NCBI GenBank assembly: GCA_051362555.1
Contig: CM120643.1
Location: 21,704,848-21,768,847, forward strand
Direction of reading: 5' to 3'
DNA length: 64,000 nt
Origin: Lingula anatina
Taxonomy: Eukaryota; Animalia; Brachiopoda
In this document: one piece after another, positions 12,941-26,044 of the stretch
Layout: each line of letters opens with the position of its first letter
How positions within the stretch are numbered: the stretch's first letter is position 1
Made by a program: the position numbers and the translations under genes
The notes under the pieces: model-generated
Databases searched by the model: none
The model's input: the letters and a program-made list of their open reading frames with translations, nothing else
Told to the model about the DNA's origin: nothing

Positions 12941-14556
12941 TGCATGTACACGTACCACATTACAACATGCGGGACATAACGAATGTATGGAATTCTCAAA
13001 TACATAGTGCTGCTTCTAATTCTCATCAAGACAAAATGACTGATGAACTATGTGGGAGTTTCATGACGGCTTCATATGTTACTCAAGACTGCTGACTTTG
13101 ATGATCAGGCGTCTTTGTATTTAGCTGCCTCTATGTTGCCTTTAGGAGCTGACGTTTTTCTTTTTATATATGGACGTGGAGTGCTTAATACTGCCGTTGT
13201 TTGATCTAACTGTTGGACATGCATGGGTGCTTATTTATTTTACTCGGATGCTTATCGGACGCTGTTGGCGACATTCATGAAACCGTCATTGCACGTTCCG
13301 TGGTTACCTTGACGGTAATATTAACATTACAACACAGTGGACCTATTATCTGTTGTTTTGACCTGCTGTTTCGGTCTTGCAGCTGTTTTTGATTTTCCCA
13401 ATGGAGATTGTTACAACCTAGATGCTTGAACATTGTTTTCTGATGTACATGGATTGCTATAAACCAAAATGTACACTCAATTTCCAGGTACAATATTCAT
13501 AAATGGTGTAATCTTTATTTAAACTAATTCGTCTCTTCAGTTATGTTTTTACTTCAAATCTTCGAAGGATGAATGTCTTACAATATGTGCAGCTCAACAA
13601 TGTGGTCATTCATTATCAGACATTTTCTTACCTTCCTGTAGTGGAAAATGATTTTTGCAAGTACATTTCACATATTTCAATAATAGTTGTCTTTGTCTAC
13701 TCATACCACATTCATTACATGCTACGTGTTCAAGCAAGTGTTTCCTCTTTTCTTTTCTTTTCTTTTCTTTGTGTGTGTGTGTGTGTGTGTTGGGGGGGGG
13801 GGGGGGCGTCCTTCAGGGTCCCATGTCTAGTTCGCACTTTATACGTGTACTTAATTAATTTACATATAGAAGTTCAATCGCACCTTCAGAGCCTCGTGTA
13901 CTTCACACGGTATAGTGCGTGCTCTAACTTATGCATATTAAATTACAATTTGTTTTTAACTTTCATTCTTCTCTATAATTATCTTCCTGAACGTCTTTAT
14001 ATATTAGCACGTTTGCTTACATGCATTGTTGTATTTGTATTGTAATTATACACATGTCTATGTCTTTTGGTTGAATTATGACCAATGATGTTAACTTTCA
14101 ATCCCAGTGAAAGCGATTATAAACACGAAATGTTCTTGACACACAATTGTTCATAGACGAATTGCAAGTAATGATAAGAAACGTAAAGAAAGTGGACAAA
14201 TGACATGACAAATGCTCGCGTAGAGTATAGCCACTTGCCCCTTAGACAGTATTTACTCTTGGCTAAAATACCTCCATTCTCGTTAAATCAACAAGAGTGG
14301 CGAGTCTTCTTCTATGGCAAAGGCAATAACTCAATTTAATTCAACATGAAATATTGGTTATATATTGTTTGCTATATACCAATAGCAATGTTTGCATGGG
14401 AGTACAGACTGACGCACTTTCTGTACGTGAGAAATACTTTGGTGGCAAACCTAATGAGTACAATTTACCTTGATATTTAGAAATAGTATTTCTAGTAGTA
14501 ATAATTCAAAACAATGAAACTATTTCTTCAATTTTATTTCAAATGCTAATAACAAT

Positions 14557-14817
14557 CAGGGGCGGATCCAGGATAATTTGAAAGGGGGGTCTGGAACGAC
14601 AGGCCTCGGATACAAAGCCGACCGTCACCCCCTTGGTGTGGGGTTTGGCGCCTGCTCAAGGGCCCCCGAAATTTTTTGGTAATTTGGTATGGTTTAAAAC
14701 TATAATTTAGCTAGACAAAATTCTAATTTCAAGAGAGGAATATTGGTGTGATATATATGTTTCAGAAACTGAAGGTGGGGTCAGGACCCTCCGACCTCCC
14801 CCCTAAATCCGCCACTG
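14557..14817. mobile_element. Non-autonomous TIR element (hAT-like termini CAGGGGCGGAT...ATCCGCCACTG)
   Basis: TIRs, ACAAT direct repeat on both flanks, and an empty site in the copy 1 upstream region (about 2896-2912). Confidence 0.75.
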
Positions 14818-15914
14818 ACAATTCCTTGTGTTATCTTAAATTACTGCACTGTTGTATCGGTTTGAATTTTTTCCCTCTTAAATTAGGTTATATCCCACAT
14901 TGTTGTTACTACTGAATATGAATGTTCTTAATATTTATTAAGTGTATACAGGTATTAATGTGACGACTGCGGACTTCTCACAATGCTATATTAAAAGGGA
15001 AATTAGTGACGGTCACTTTGAATTACATATATTTCTTTTTAATAATAATAGTAATAATAATAATAATGACTATAATAATAAGTAGAAAACAATTTCAATC
15101 TAGAGACAAAAGCCAAAATTAATAGTTTCCTACTAGTATGTACTGTACATGTATAAAAGAATTATGGCTGGGATATATTCATTGCAGTCACTAATAAAGG
15201 CATAAACAATGCTTTTCGTTGCTTTTATGTACAGCTTCAATATTGCTTGAACTGCATAGAAAAAAAGGAGAATTTGGGCCAAGCAATAAAAAGGTCATAC
15301 CCAGTGCACTTATGATTATTTTGTGATGTTAGGTGCTGTAAGCCCATAGATGCTGTAGCATTGTACATGTATGTGCATTGTACAGTATGTGGAGGGCCGG
15401 AGGCCTACACTGTACATATGATACAAAATTTATCATGCATGTTGTCATCTTAGCAATTTTAGCGCCTCAGTACGTACATGAAAATATTTTTGAAAATATT
15501 TAAAATAATCTTAAAAGTGTATAAATTTAATATACATTGTGAGAGTGTCCCTGCTGAATATGGGATACAGAGAAGAAGAGGTGTCGGTTATGCAGTTTCC
15601 CTTCTTCCCCCAGCTCCTCCATCTCATCTGCCACTCTCAAGACTGCAAGCTCGCGTGTACTCTTCCTCTCATCGTCAGAGGGTCATTTCATACAGCAGGC
15701 TAGGTAAACAGTGCACACAAAGGGGCAATATTTCGAACGTTATCAAGCCCAGCCTTTCATCGATTCACAACCCAGTGTCTTGTGCAACTCAAGTGTGAAG
15801 GTGACATCTATAGCAGAACTGGCTAAGCATTAAATTTAGCTTGTCTAAAAACGTTTTTGGACCGCTCGGTTATTTTAGCAGTTTGGAGTAAACATTGGAG
15901 TCAGTGTTTCTAAA

Positions 15915-18900
15915 ATGCTGGTGTTTAGTGTTCTATCACTTTTTGCTGCGCTCGTCACACCGAGTTTGGCGGATTTCACTCACCATGCGGTACTTAAGGA
16001 TGACGTCTACTTTTTATCCTGGAAATTCGATAATGAAACCATCACGTTCGAGACCCAGGTTCGAACCACAGGCTACATAGGACTTGGATTCTCTCCCAAT
16101 GGGGGTATGACAGGGGCGGATATCGTCATCGGATGGGTGAAAGATGGGACGGCGTACTTGAAGGTAAACGTAATAGGGTTTAAGTGTTTAACATTTTTTT
16201 TATTTTGGGTTAGGAATTTGTAAACTGAATTCTATTAGCAGAATTTTAACTCGTAAAAGAAAAGAGGAACGGTCATCGAAAGGCATTACTTTGTCTAAGG
16301 CGGAGGAGGTTAAGCGAATGACGGTGCAGTTTTTCTGCTTTTTGCCACCTCTGTTCTAAATATATATTTTTGGAAAATTAATATCAGATTATAATTTCAG
16401 TGGTTATTTACGTTTATTGGTTTATAATCTCATTGTTTAGACCTACCATGTTTTAAAAAAATGTCCTAATTTATTCGCGTGTATCTGATAAACTTTGTTG
16501 CTGCACCACCACACCTTTCATAACATGACCCGATTTGAACCTTAGTATTATCCAGTCAATATTGGAGGACTGTGAGAGAATAGTTTGTCGAACAATTGAA
16601 ATAGGTATGTGGGTCACAAGACCCTTGATGCTGAGGGAAGGCTCTCATTACATCTGAAAGTAAGTAACAACAGTATGATATCCAGTCCGATTTTTAACTA
16701 TAAGACGACTACAGTCATCTTTACACCCCTTTTACACTCTCTTTTTGAACCTAGCGACTTGAAAATTTATTATGACCTGAGCGAACCGTTTATTGAAGAG
16801 TGTGGTCAGCTAATTTTATGTAGCTTTTATCCTTTTTATCCTTCTCTAATACTAGGTCTTAAACTTCTTTTATTTTATACAACTTTTCCGCTTTTTTAAC
16901 AACAACGCTTTTACAGGGCATTTTAATTCCGATATTGTATATTTTACATATTTCTTGGCTAAATAAACCTTTATGTTATCTGAGTATTGAGAGGCCTTTA
17001 AAAAACGCAACATCGAGCTTTATTTTTGCTCGGGTTACTTTAAAAAAACAGTTTAATACACTCGAAAATTCCTGGGCGGCCGTTGAGAAGTGGAGAGTAG
17101 AAAGACTGCTTGGAAGAGTATACGAAATTTCTTGATGGTAGGGCCCTATAGCCTGGGTCCTGACCCCACGCACGATTTTCAGGACGTACGTTTTATTGGG
17201 TTCCTCTCGTCCGAATGGGCCGTAGCTAGATCGCAGGGAAGAATCAAGTAATTGGTGATTGCAATGAGTGCGCAAAAAGAAAGTGCGTGGAAGGTACGTG
17301 AGAAGCACAGCCTCCTCTTTATAGTAATTACTCTTATCTTTAGACGCTCTTTCCCTCTACCCTATCGCAGTAATCACTCTTATCTTTAGACGCTCTTCTT
17401 ATCTTTAAACTCGTAAACATTAAAGGTCTGGCACGCCGGTTTTAAGTATAAAGAAGGCTACGAAGCCAAATAAAATTCAGTTTGTGATTTTGTAACGAAA
17501 CAGTGGTGTTGCGTTGCTATTCTCTCTGAGCATAACTCAAGTCGGGAATCGTGTACCGAACCTTGGAACTTCACGTTTGCGTTAGAGCCCTTAGAAGTAA
17601 TTTTATACCCGGTGGTATATTAAAGAACTCAGTACAAATTTGGCGAGCTCGCCAGGACTGAAGTAAGGTGAATGATAATATGCTGACTGATTACAAGTAT
17701 AAACATAATATGTAAATGAGTGATTTCATCACATGCATTTAGTGGGCCTTAACAGTATGTAGTGCGTACATGGAGTACAGGCAATGCAAGGGCAACGCAA
17801 GTAGACGTAGGGCACTCTTGCTGACTTCCTACGGTTGTTGCTCGTCCTTTGCACGCGAGTCTTACGTGTTGAGATGTTTTTGGGAGGGTTAAAACAGAGG
17901 ATGTTTGAGGAGATCATTATATCCGCAGCAGTCTTCAAAGATGGTGAGCCCAATCATACCTGGCTTGCCCCTGATCCCCCTCTCCCCCTCTTGCTCTTTG
18001 TTGTCTTTTTAGGCATTTTTAAAACTTGACTTCAAAGACAGAATTATTTCTTTTTCGTTCTTTTAAACTCACGATCCGTGCGCATGGACTGACCACTACT
18101 CGTTCAACATGGTGGGCGCGCGGAAGTGCGGAGTGAGCACGTTGTGAGCAAGAAATAAGTACGTGTATCGAGCGCCTTAACCACGTGCATCGCACTACAC
18201 GCAGTAGCCACCCAAGCGCAGTGAAAAATAAAAGAATTTTCTCACGTGTCCCGTACGACAGATTCACGACAGGCGAACGCTAAACGTTCACATGTCGTAT
18301 TTTTTCCATTTCTTGAGAATTTGTAGACCGCAGCGGCTGTTAATTGTCGAAAATTTTCTACGTGCTGTCTGCGAACTCCAAAAGTTGCACGATGGACGTG
18401 CTCCGCACGCACAAGATTTCCCACGTTTTTCGCAATGTTTGGCCGAAGACCAGACGTAGAAGCCCGTACGTTGGGTTGAGACCCAGGCTTAAGTGGTGAG
18501 TGCGTGTCACGTACGCAGGCAACAAGACAAACTCTACAAGAAATCTATACAATTTCCACGGCAGTCGTACCTTACAACTAATGTCCCTGCTTGAAAGGAG
18601 ATCTCACGTGGCTCCTGCTACTCGCAAGGCAGATTGGCACATTTCCACTGCAACCATTCCTCTAATGCCCCTATTTCACACAGACCACGAATCCCACGAA
18701 TGGCCATGAATTGACAAATTTCACGATTCGTGGTTGAATCGTAATCAGTTCGTGAAGTTCTTAACAGATTCATATATATTCGTAGTCAGTTCTTGCACTT
18801 CTTGACCAACAGGAATGGGTGGCAAAAACTTTGATGCCCCTATTTCACACAGACCACGAATCCCACGAATCGCCAGGAATTGAAAATTTGGTTGAATCGT

Positions 18901-21900
18901 AATTAGTTCGTGAAGTTCTTAACAGATTCGTATATAATCGTAGTAAGTTCTTGCAATTCTTGGTCAATCGGGAATTCGTGGCAAAAATTTTGAGCTGTTC
19001 ATAGTTTTGGCCTCGAACTCCCGATTCCAAAAAATCGTGGTGAATTTCTGGACAATATTCGTGCGATTCCAGCCGAATCCCACGAATATTCGTAACACTA
19101 TCGCACCTGTATCGTAACTGAATCGTAGAGCGTGTCGAATTAGACCAGAAAATTGGCAAAATCTCACGATTCCAGCCGAATCCCACGAATATTCGTAACA
19201 CTATCGTACCTGTATCGTAAGTGAATCGTGAGCGTGTCGAATAAGACTAGAAAATTGGCAAAATCTCACGAATTCTCACGAATCCTAAAATTTGTCAATT
19301 CCTGGCGATTCGTGGGATTCGTGGTCTGTGTGAAATAGGGGCCTAACCAGCGAAGTATACGAAGTATAACTCTACGAACTCCACGGCCTTCACTGCACCC
19401 AGAATTGGCAGGGGACGTACGCTCCTAAAATCCGTGCGTCGGGTTGTGACCAAGGCTCAAGTTGAGGCAGGATTGCAGGTTTATGCAACAACTTTGTCGT
19501 TTGCTTGTTTTTGACGGTAGCATAGCCGTATAGCTAATCTTAACCTTATTTCAGGATTGCTACGCGACGGCGAAGCAAATGCCCTCTATCGATGACAGCC
19601 AAGATGTGGAGCTTATCTCTGGCAGCGAGAACGGCACCTTTACGACACTACGCTTTAAGCGTAGACTGGACACATGTGATAGTAAAGATAACAGGATAAC
19701 AGTGAGTGATAGGAATAATTCCTGGTAACGATGAATTGCAAAGATTTTTTTAAAGTGATTACTATCAATGCTTTTATGTGTACGTCAAAATGTCCTATAA
19801 ACACGTAGCCCCATGTTATGGAAGTAATACATTTTTATCTGCCTCATTTTTCCACAGGAAAACAATAGGCAAATGAGCAATTCAAAATAGTTATAGTAAA
19901 TTAAGCAAATTATATTCCAAATTTTGTTAAGAGATTATATACACTGTATATGTTGTTTTAGCAAAGTATGGTTGACGACTTTTCTATCTTCATATAATGT
20001 ACACAAGGTGGCAGAACAACAGAAATGTATTATAAAAAGGCCAATTTGCACAGAAAATAATTATTTTAAGCGTTATCAATTAAGATAAATAATGTGCTTG
20101 GAAAGGTTGTTCGAAATGTCAGTATTTTTGTGTTCTTTTTTCATATGAAATAATTTTCATTTCAGCAAAGTACCATGCGCATTATATGGGCTTACCACGA
20201 TTCAGACCCCCTGACTGAGACAGACCTTCTGTACCATGGAAACGTAAACCGTGGAGCAAAGAGCATGTTCCTTCTTGGGCCCGCTGATAATCCAGTTAAC
20301 ACTGTCACTATACCAAACGATGCATATACCTTGGAATTACTAAACAATAAGGTAAAATGATTTTATGAAGGAAAAAGGGACTTCTGCTTTCCCTGTATTA
20401 ACGTCAAATCCGTCCTCGTCTGATAATTTCCACAGACACAAATGATTAAATTAATAAACGATGAAATGGATCTTTGCGATATCTACGCTAAAAAATTTAA
20501 GGGGATCGAAGTTTTTACATTGCATCAAGAATATTTCAAACACGAATCCTGGACCTTGGTAAAAATTCAAGTTTAAAAAGACTGGCGTTCTGTTCTTACC
20601 CCTAACCCTTTACTAAGTAAATACCTGGACAGATTACATACTTGGTTCTAGTCATAGCCTGAGAATGTGCACTGATATATAAAATCACACTTTATCATAC
20701 TCTACCAGGTTCAAGTACCTTCAACTTCTGACACAACATATTGGTGTTCCGGCTTCACGCTGCCCAGTTTCAGTGGCGTTCATCACATGATAAAGGTATG
20801 ATTTAATTCTCCATTGAACACTAAAGTGTATATTTGACAGACACTACTGTTTTTGTTCAAAGGCAAAGAGGAATAACATGTCGAAATATGACAAACATCA
20901 AAACGCATGGGTAATTTGAATCCTTCCATGATCAGTTTGTACCCTTTGCACGACCTGTTTTGTTATTTCTCTCCATGGTACATTATTTCATTCAAACCAC
21001 GGCTAGCGCGTAGAACAAAAGACGCGGCCGTGCTGTATTCGACATACAAACATGTCATGTACGAGTGCGTTCCACGGTCTGTTGCATTACTAGGCCGCAG
21101 CTCACCAATACCACTCGTAATATTTCACGTACAGCTTGGCGACTCGTATTGTATCTATCACTTAATTAGTATGAAATACTTAAAAGAAAACTTAACCTAT
21201 TCCTTTTATTTGATTGGGAACTTATGTAGAACTGACCTTAAACAGTCCGATTATTTGAAAAGAACCAACTCAACAAGGGATATATATATCGGCAAATACA
21301 TATACATATGATATCCCTATATCCTCTAGGCAGAGCCGATAGTTCAAGCTGGGAACGAAGCTGTCGTGCATCACTTTATAGTGTATGCCTGCAACCACCA
21401 GTTCAACTTCACTGACCACGCCAATTATAGCGAGTCATGCGGTTGGAGGAGAAATATGCCTCCAGATCTTAAATTATGCCAACAGCTGCTTATGGCGTGG
21501 GCAGTTGGAGGAGAGGTGGGTATATATTTATATTAAACAAAATTGCTTTACCTTTTTTGCCATCACATGATAGTTATCGATTGTGTAGAGGAGAGGTGGG
21601 TATCAACAGAGTATATATTTTGATGTTAGACAAAACTGTGTATATTTATGCAATCACTAAAAGAGCATAATTAGTATAGATATCGATTTTTGTAAATTGT
21701 CTAATTTAATAATTGTACAATCTATGTTTTCAGGCTCAGGTGTATCCGGAAAATGTTGGCTATCCTTTTGGAGGTGAAGGTGACCCCACTTTTATTTTGT
21801 TGGAAACCCACTATGACAACCCAGCTCTGAGAAATGGTAAGTGGTTGCCATACGTCTACAGACCAGAGCGGATTTTCCATTTGTTCTCAGAGATATTATG

Positions 21901-24900
21901 TATTATTTTATTAATTGGTTTACAAGTGGTATATACAGGTGAAAATTGGTATATACAGGTGAAAATTGGACAATATTTGCTCTTACTTTACTTCAGTTTA
22001 TATGCTCTTTTTCCACCTTCTTTTCATTAGTCTTAAAAATTGCTGGGTTTGATCTTAAAGCCTCGGTCACAACCGGCCATACGGGCTCTTACGGCCTGTT
22101 TGCGTCCAAATTTTGCGCAGAATCTCATGTGCAACGCAAGTCTTTCTTGCAAAATTTGGAGTTTGCAGACAAACCGTATGCACGTACGAAGGATGTTGGT
22201 CCAAAAGATTCTACGAATAATCTGCGAACAAAGAGGCCGCACACGTTACCTGCTTACAAGGAGTTCGCAAGTGAGACGTGCTTGGTCCACGTCGCAAGTA
22301 ATGAAGGAGCAAGTGCCCTTTGCGTGTTGAGTACGGCGCACGCCCTCACAATTAACGATCAAAGTTGAAAGCACCGCGGAAGTGCGTCGCACGTGCGTCA
22401 CCTCTACGCCAGGAGTGCACTCACGACGCACGCTCGTGTCTCGAAAATTAACGACGATCGTGTAACCTGTACAACAATTTTCAAAATTTTTCAAATTTTG
22501 CTTAATTCAGCTTCTAATATGCCTCCAAAAGCCTAGAAAAAACCTTAGAGAGTAGAAATTAAGGGAGAAAGAAGAAGAAAGAAGGGGAGAACAGTAGGCA
22601 AAACTGACGTACGCGGTAATTACGTCATCACAAGTGAGTGAGGCAAGTGTGAAGCAAAAGAGAACTACTTTCGCCGTGCGTTGTTTTCTCTTTAATAGTG
22701 GCGAGTGCGTGCCACGTACGCTGGTAGCAAGACAAATCCAAGAAGTGAGTACAATTTCCACGGCCATTGCACCTTGCAATTAGCGTTCCTGCTGAAAAGG
22801 ACATCTCATTTGGCCCTTGAAACTCGCAAGGCAGACTTTCCTTTACCTCTAATACCTCCACGGATTCCACTGCATGCAAAATTCGCAGGGGACGTGCGAT
22901 CCTAAAATCCGCGCCTCCGGTTTTGACCGTGGCTTTACATGCGTCTCGTCTAATAAGGTTGGTGTAATTAATGACATATGTAAATTTCGCTTGCATAAAA
23001 GCAACTACAGAGTTTGTTTGTGTAGTGCAATATTGGAAATTTGGACAGATGTTGATGGTTGGAACAATATTTTCTCTTTCAATCGCAAACAAAAGAGGTT
23101 TTCCCCAAAAATAGGGTTTTATGCGTGGCCTACATGATAAACAGTTTCCTTAAAATAGTCCCAATGAGACGCTATTTTTCAACGGTGCAATTGCACATAT
23201 AACCAAAACAGAATTTCTGAACACATCATTAAAACCTGTGAGAGTATATAAAATTGCTTCAATATGGGTGTGTCCACTGAATATCTGAATGATTTCCCTT
23301 CGATAAACATGGTATGATGTTAACAGGGTCAATATGTCTCTGTCTCACATGTCGCCTTTCATCTGTAAACATCCCGTAGCTCGAATCCACCATCATTCGA
23401 AAATAAAAAATTACAACCTAACACTAAAATATGAACAATACCCTTGAAGTTCCACGATATCTTTAGTTGGGTGAATTCTTATTTATAATTGATTGGTATT
23501 TCTGTTTTGTGAGTTCTTTTCATGATTTTGGGTTTCAATAATTTCAGATTACGTGGACTCATCTGGTGTGCGTTTTACTTTTATACCACGTCGTCGACAG
23601 TATGATGCAGGGATAATGGACGTTGGCGTTACGGTCTCTAGAAACCACGTCATTCCACCATACTATGACGAATTCTACAGCTGGGGACAGTGCTCCGACT
23701 GTTTGGAAAGTGTAAGAGCATACGAATCAAAATACATGGACCGTGTTCCAAATAAGTTGAGACACTTCTATTATGCCAGAATTACAAGGACAAACAAATG
23801 CAAAGAAAACTGAAATGGCGAAGCATGTTTAACACCCCATTCCCATAGATATTAGATCGATCTATCTCTGTGGGGAGTCTCACTAGATTACTGTCAGCTT
23901 AGCCGGCTTAAGCGTCTGTCCCGCCTACTAAAAGCTGTAAGGGGGTAATTAACTATGTGCGCGCTCGGCTGACTGCAATTTAGCGTGAACCCCCAGGGAG
24001 TTAGGTCGATCTAAATCTAAATCTCTCGATCGATCTATATCTCTGGGAATGCACCCTTTGACCCAATATCGTCCAAGGTATTGACACTTCTCACACCTTT
24101 TTATGTATATACAGGGTTTAGAAAACGTACCCGAGGGAATAAACGCATTTGGTGCGTTCCTGCACACTCATTTGGCGGGAACCTCGATTTATCTAAGGCA
24201 CTTCCGGGACGGAGTAGAACTTCCGTATATAGCATACGACGAAAATTACGACTTCAACTATCAGGAGTACAGGTATTTCAAAGAACCGAAGAAAATAATG
24301 CCGGTAAGAAAACAGTTTTTGTTGAAAGGTCTATTAAATGAAATTGAAATAGCAAGGTCCGTGCATTTATAAACTCCCAAACACCTTTTGGTAATGCATT
24401 TTCCAAAGTACAGTGTAGGCTCTCTAGGGAAGTAACTGATGATTTAAAGTAAACCTACTTCCAGAAAGTTAGCGCTAAATAACATTTTCCTCAATATACT
24501 TAATTGAAATATTTAGATAACGATATATTAGTCGGTCTGTGTTCTGCTCGGATTTCATGGCATCAGAATCTGTTGAATGATAAATACATTTGCCTTCTTT
24601 GTTGATCACTAATGCATATCGCATTAAATCTACATGTAATTAAAATTTCTAAACGCACTTTATTCCAGGATGATGATTTGGTCACCCATTGCAAATACAA
24701 AAGCAGTGATCGAACAAGTGTCACGTGGGTAAGATATACATGTACATATACATGAAATAGCTTCTACCAGTAATATCCGTGTTATATGTGTGGAAATACA
24801 ATAGAGATTACAGAGCTGAATTCCATATTGATTCTGAACACAAGGAAGTAATAACATCAGAATTCCGTTGCACTTCACAGAATTGTGAGAGGTACTGCTT

Positions 24901-26044
24901 ATTTTGAAAATATTAGCATATAGATCATACAAATGCTATCCATTGCAGGGAGGACTCGGTACTAAACAAGAAATGTGTCTGGCGTTTATTATGTATTACC
25001 CACGAGTAAACCTGACGCACTGCTTCAGCGCACCCCTGCAATCGGAGCTGATCAAAATAGTCCCAGGGGTGACGTCAGCGTAAGTGACATACATATTTTG
25101 ATTTATCCAGTTAAAGTTTCAAACAAAATGAAAATTGGAAATTGAAACTTTACTGGGCATTCCGATGATCTGAGTCCAGACGGAAGTTTATATTCTATGG
25201 CAGTCACTATTCAGGACAGTGTTCAGCAAAGTTCAACTTTCAATTTTTAAAATACACCAATCATTTGCATTAAAAGCTCTTAATCGGATGCTTTATAACG
25301 TCGATTATTCCGGTGAGTGTGGTTATCTTCAATAGTTCTGTACGTTTTCTCGGCTATTTTACGCAATTGTAATTTGTCACTGCTGTGGTGCATGTTACAA
25401 AATTTTAAACCAGCGTGCGTTAAACAGTATGATTCTTATAGTCTTATATTGTAAAATTCTAGGTCCAGTGACTACGGCTACAGTGTAATTATCCAAGCAC
25501 CATCGCAATACGCAGGGCGTAGATTTGATGATGTCATGGAAAACTTGGTCAACTGGCAAAATGTCAAGACTCGTGATACATTCCAAGCTCTTGAGCTGAA
25601 TGCCACTCGGGCGCAATTTTGTGCTGGAATAAATGGATATGGACACGTAAGCGTTTTCAAATTTTTAAAATTCGGATCTATAACATGCTTTTATTTAGTT
25701 ATTCAATACTCTGTTTTCACGACTGATCTTAATCGTAGTGAGACTTTACCAGAATTTAATACATATATTACTTTATGTTCGAGTCAAGTATAAATTCAGT
25801 ACTTTTTAGGGAAAAGGCTTTACATTAAAGTTCGAGGCTCTCATTTTAGCATTTTGGTCTAATCCAACGTCTCCAGATCACAACACAGTACGTGTTACCC
25901 CAGGTATCCTGCCCCGCCACCACGACCCCTGCTGTAACCACGCCAGGAGTCACCATTGGATCCATATCGTCTGCTGATAGAACGATGTCCGTTACCATGG
26001 CAACCGCACTGTGCTGCTTGTTTTCACTCCTGCTGAAGATGTGA
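15915..26044 (+). CDS. MOXD1: DBH-like monooxygenase (MOXD1-like) copy 2, 12 coding exons, about 626 aa
   Basis: Exons 15915-16163, 19555-19701, 20166-20351, 20709-20795, 21330-21515, 21734-21836, 23548-23711, 24115-24303, 24669-24728, 24949-25079, 25463-25646, 25850-26044. Exons 1-11 have the same sizes and phases as copy 1. Cu ligands VHH, ETHYDNP, HTH and QEMC are intact. The last-exon acceptor is non-homologous but in frame. Confidence 0.88.
17150..18489 (-). mobile_element. Non-autonomous DNA element with AGCCTGGGTC...GACCCAGGCT termini in intron 1 of copy 2
   Basis: TIRs at 17150 and 18489. Ends resemble, in reverse orientation, those of the element at 22059-22934. Absent from copy 3 intron 1. 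Superfamily not assignable. Confidence 0.65.
18490..19457 (+). mobile_element. 3' portion of an older AGCC-terminus family element, interrupted by a MITE at 18666-19343
   Basis: 18495-18665 and 19346-19457 align with 22700-22934 and with about 30410-30665. Ends GGTTGTGACCAAGGCT. Confidence 0.55.
18666..19343. mobile_element. PIF/Harbinger-like MITE with duplicated 5' 170 bp
   Basis: TIR GCCCCTATTTCACACAGACCACGAATC, TAA TSD (18663-65 and 19344-46), internal CACGAAT/ATTCGTG sub-repeats. Empty site in copy 3 at about 30571-30585. Confidence 0.85.
22059..22934 (+). mobile_element. AGCC-terminus family non-autonomous element in intron 6 of copy 2
   Basis: TIRs AGCCTCGGTCACAACC and GGTTTTGACCGTGGCT with TAA/TTA flanks. 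Absent in copy 3 intron 6 (about 33085-33100). Confidence 0.75.
23838..24056. mobile_element. MITE (TIR GGGTGCATTCCCAGAGA..TAGATCGATC), Harbinger-like, in intron 7 of copy 2
   Basis: Inverted ends CATTCCCATAGATATTAGATCGATC and GATCGATCTATATCTCTGGGAATGCACCC. A closely similar reverse copy lies at 48262-48468. Confidence 0.75.

Noticed and set aside
13569-14045. 158-aa hydrophobic ORF
   Set aside because: Low-complexity T-rich/(GT)n 3' flank, not conserved as an ORF in the paralogous region (about 1750-2280).
18666-19343. Short recurrent CACGAAT/ATTCGTG repeats resembling a CRISPR or iteron array
   Set aside because: No regular repeat-spacer periodicity, eukaryotic context, and bounded by TIRs and a TSD, so it is a MITE.
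21946-23137. Several overlapping 80-154 aa ORFs in intron 6 of copy 2
   Set aside because: They lie in a GC-richer non-autonomous repeat and show no transposase or other motifs.
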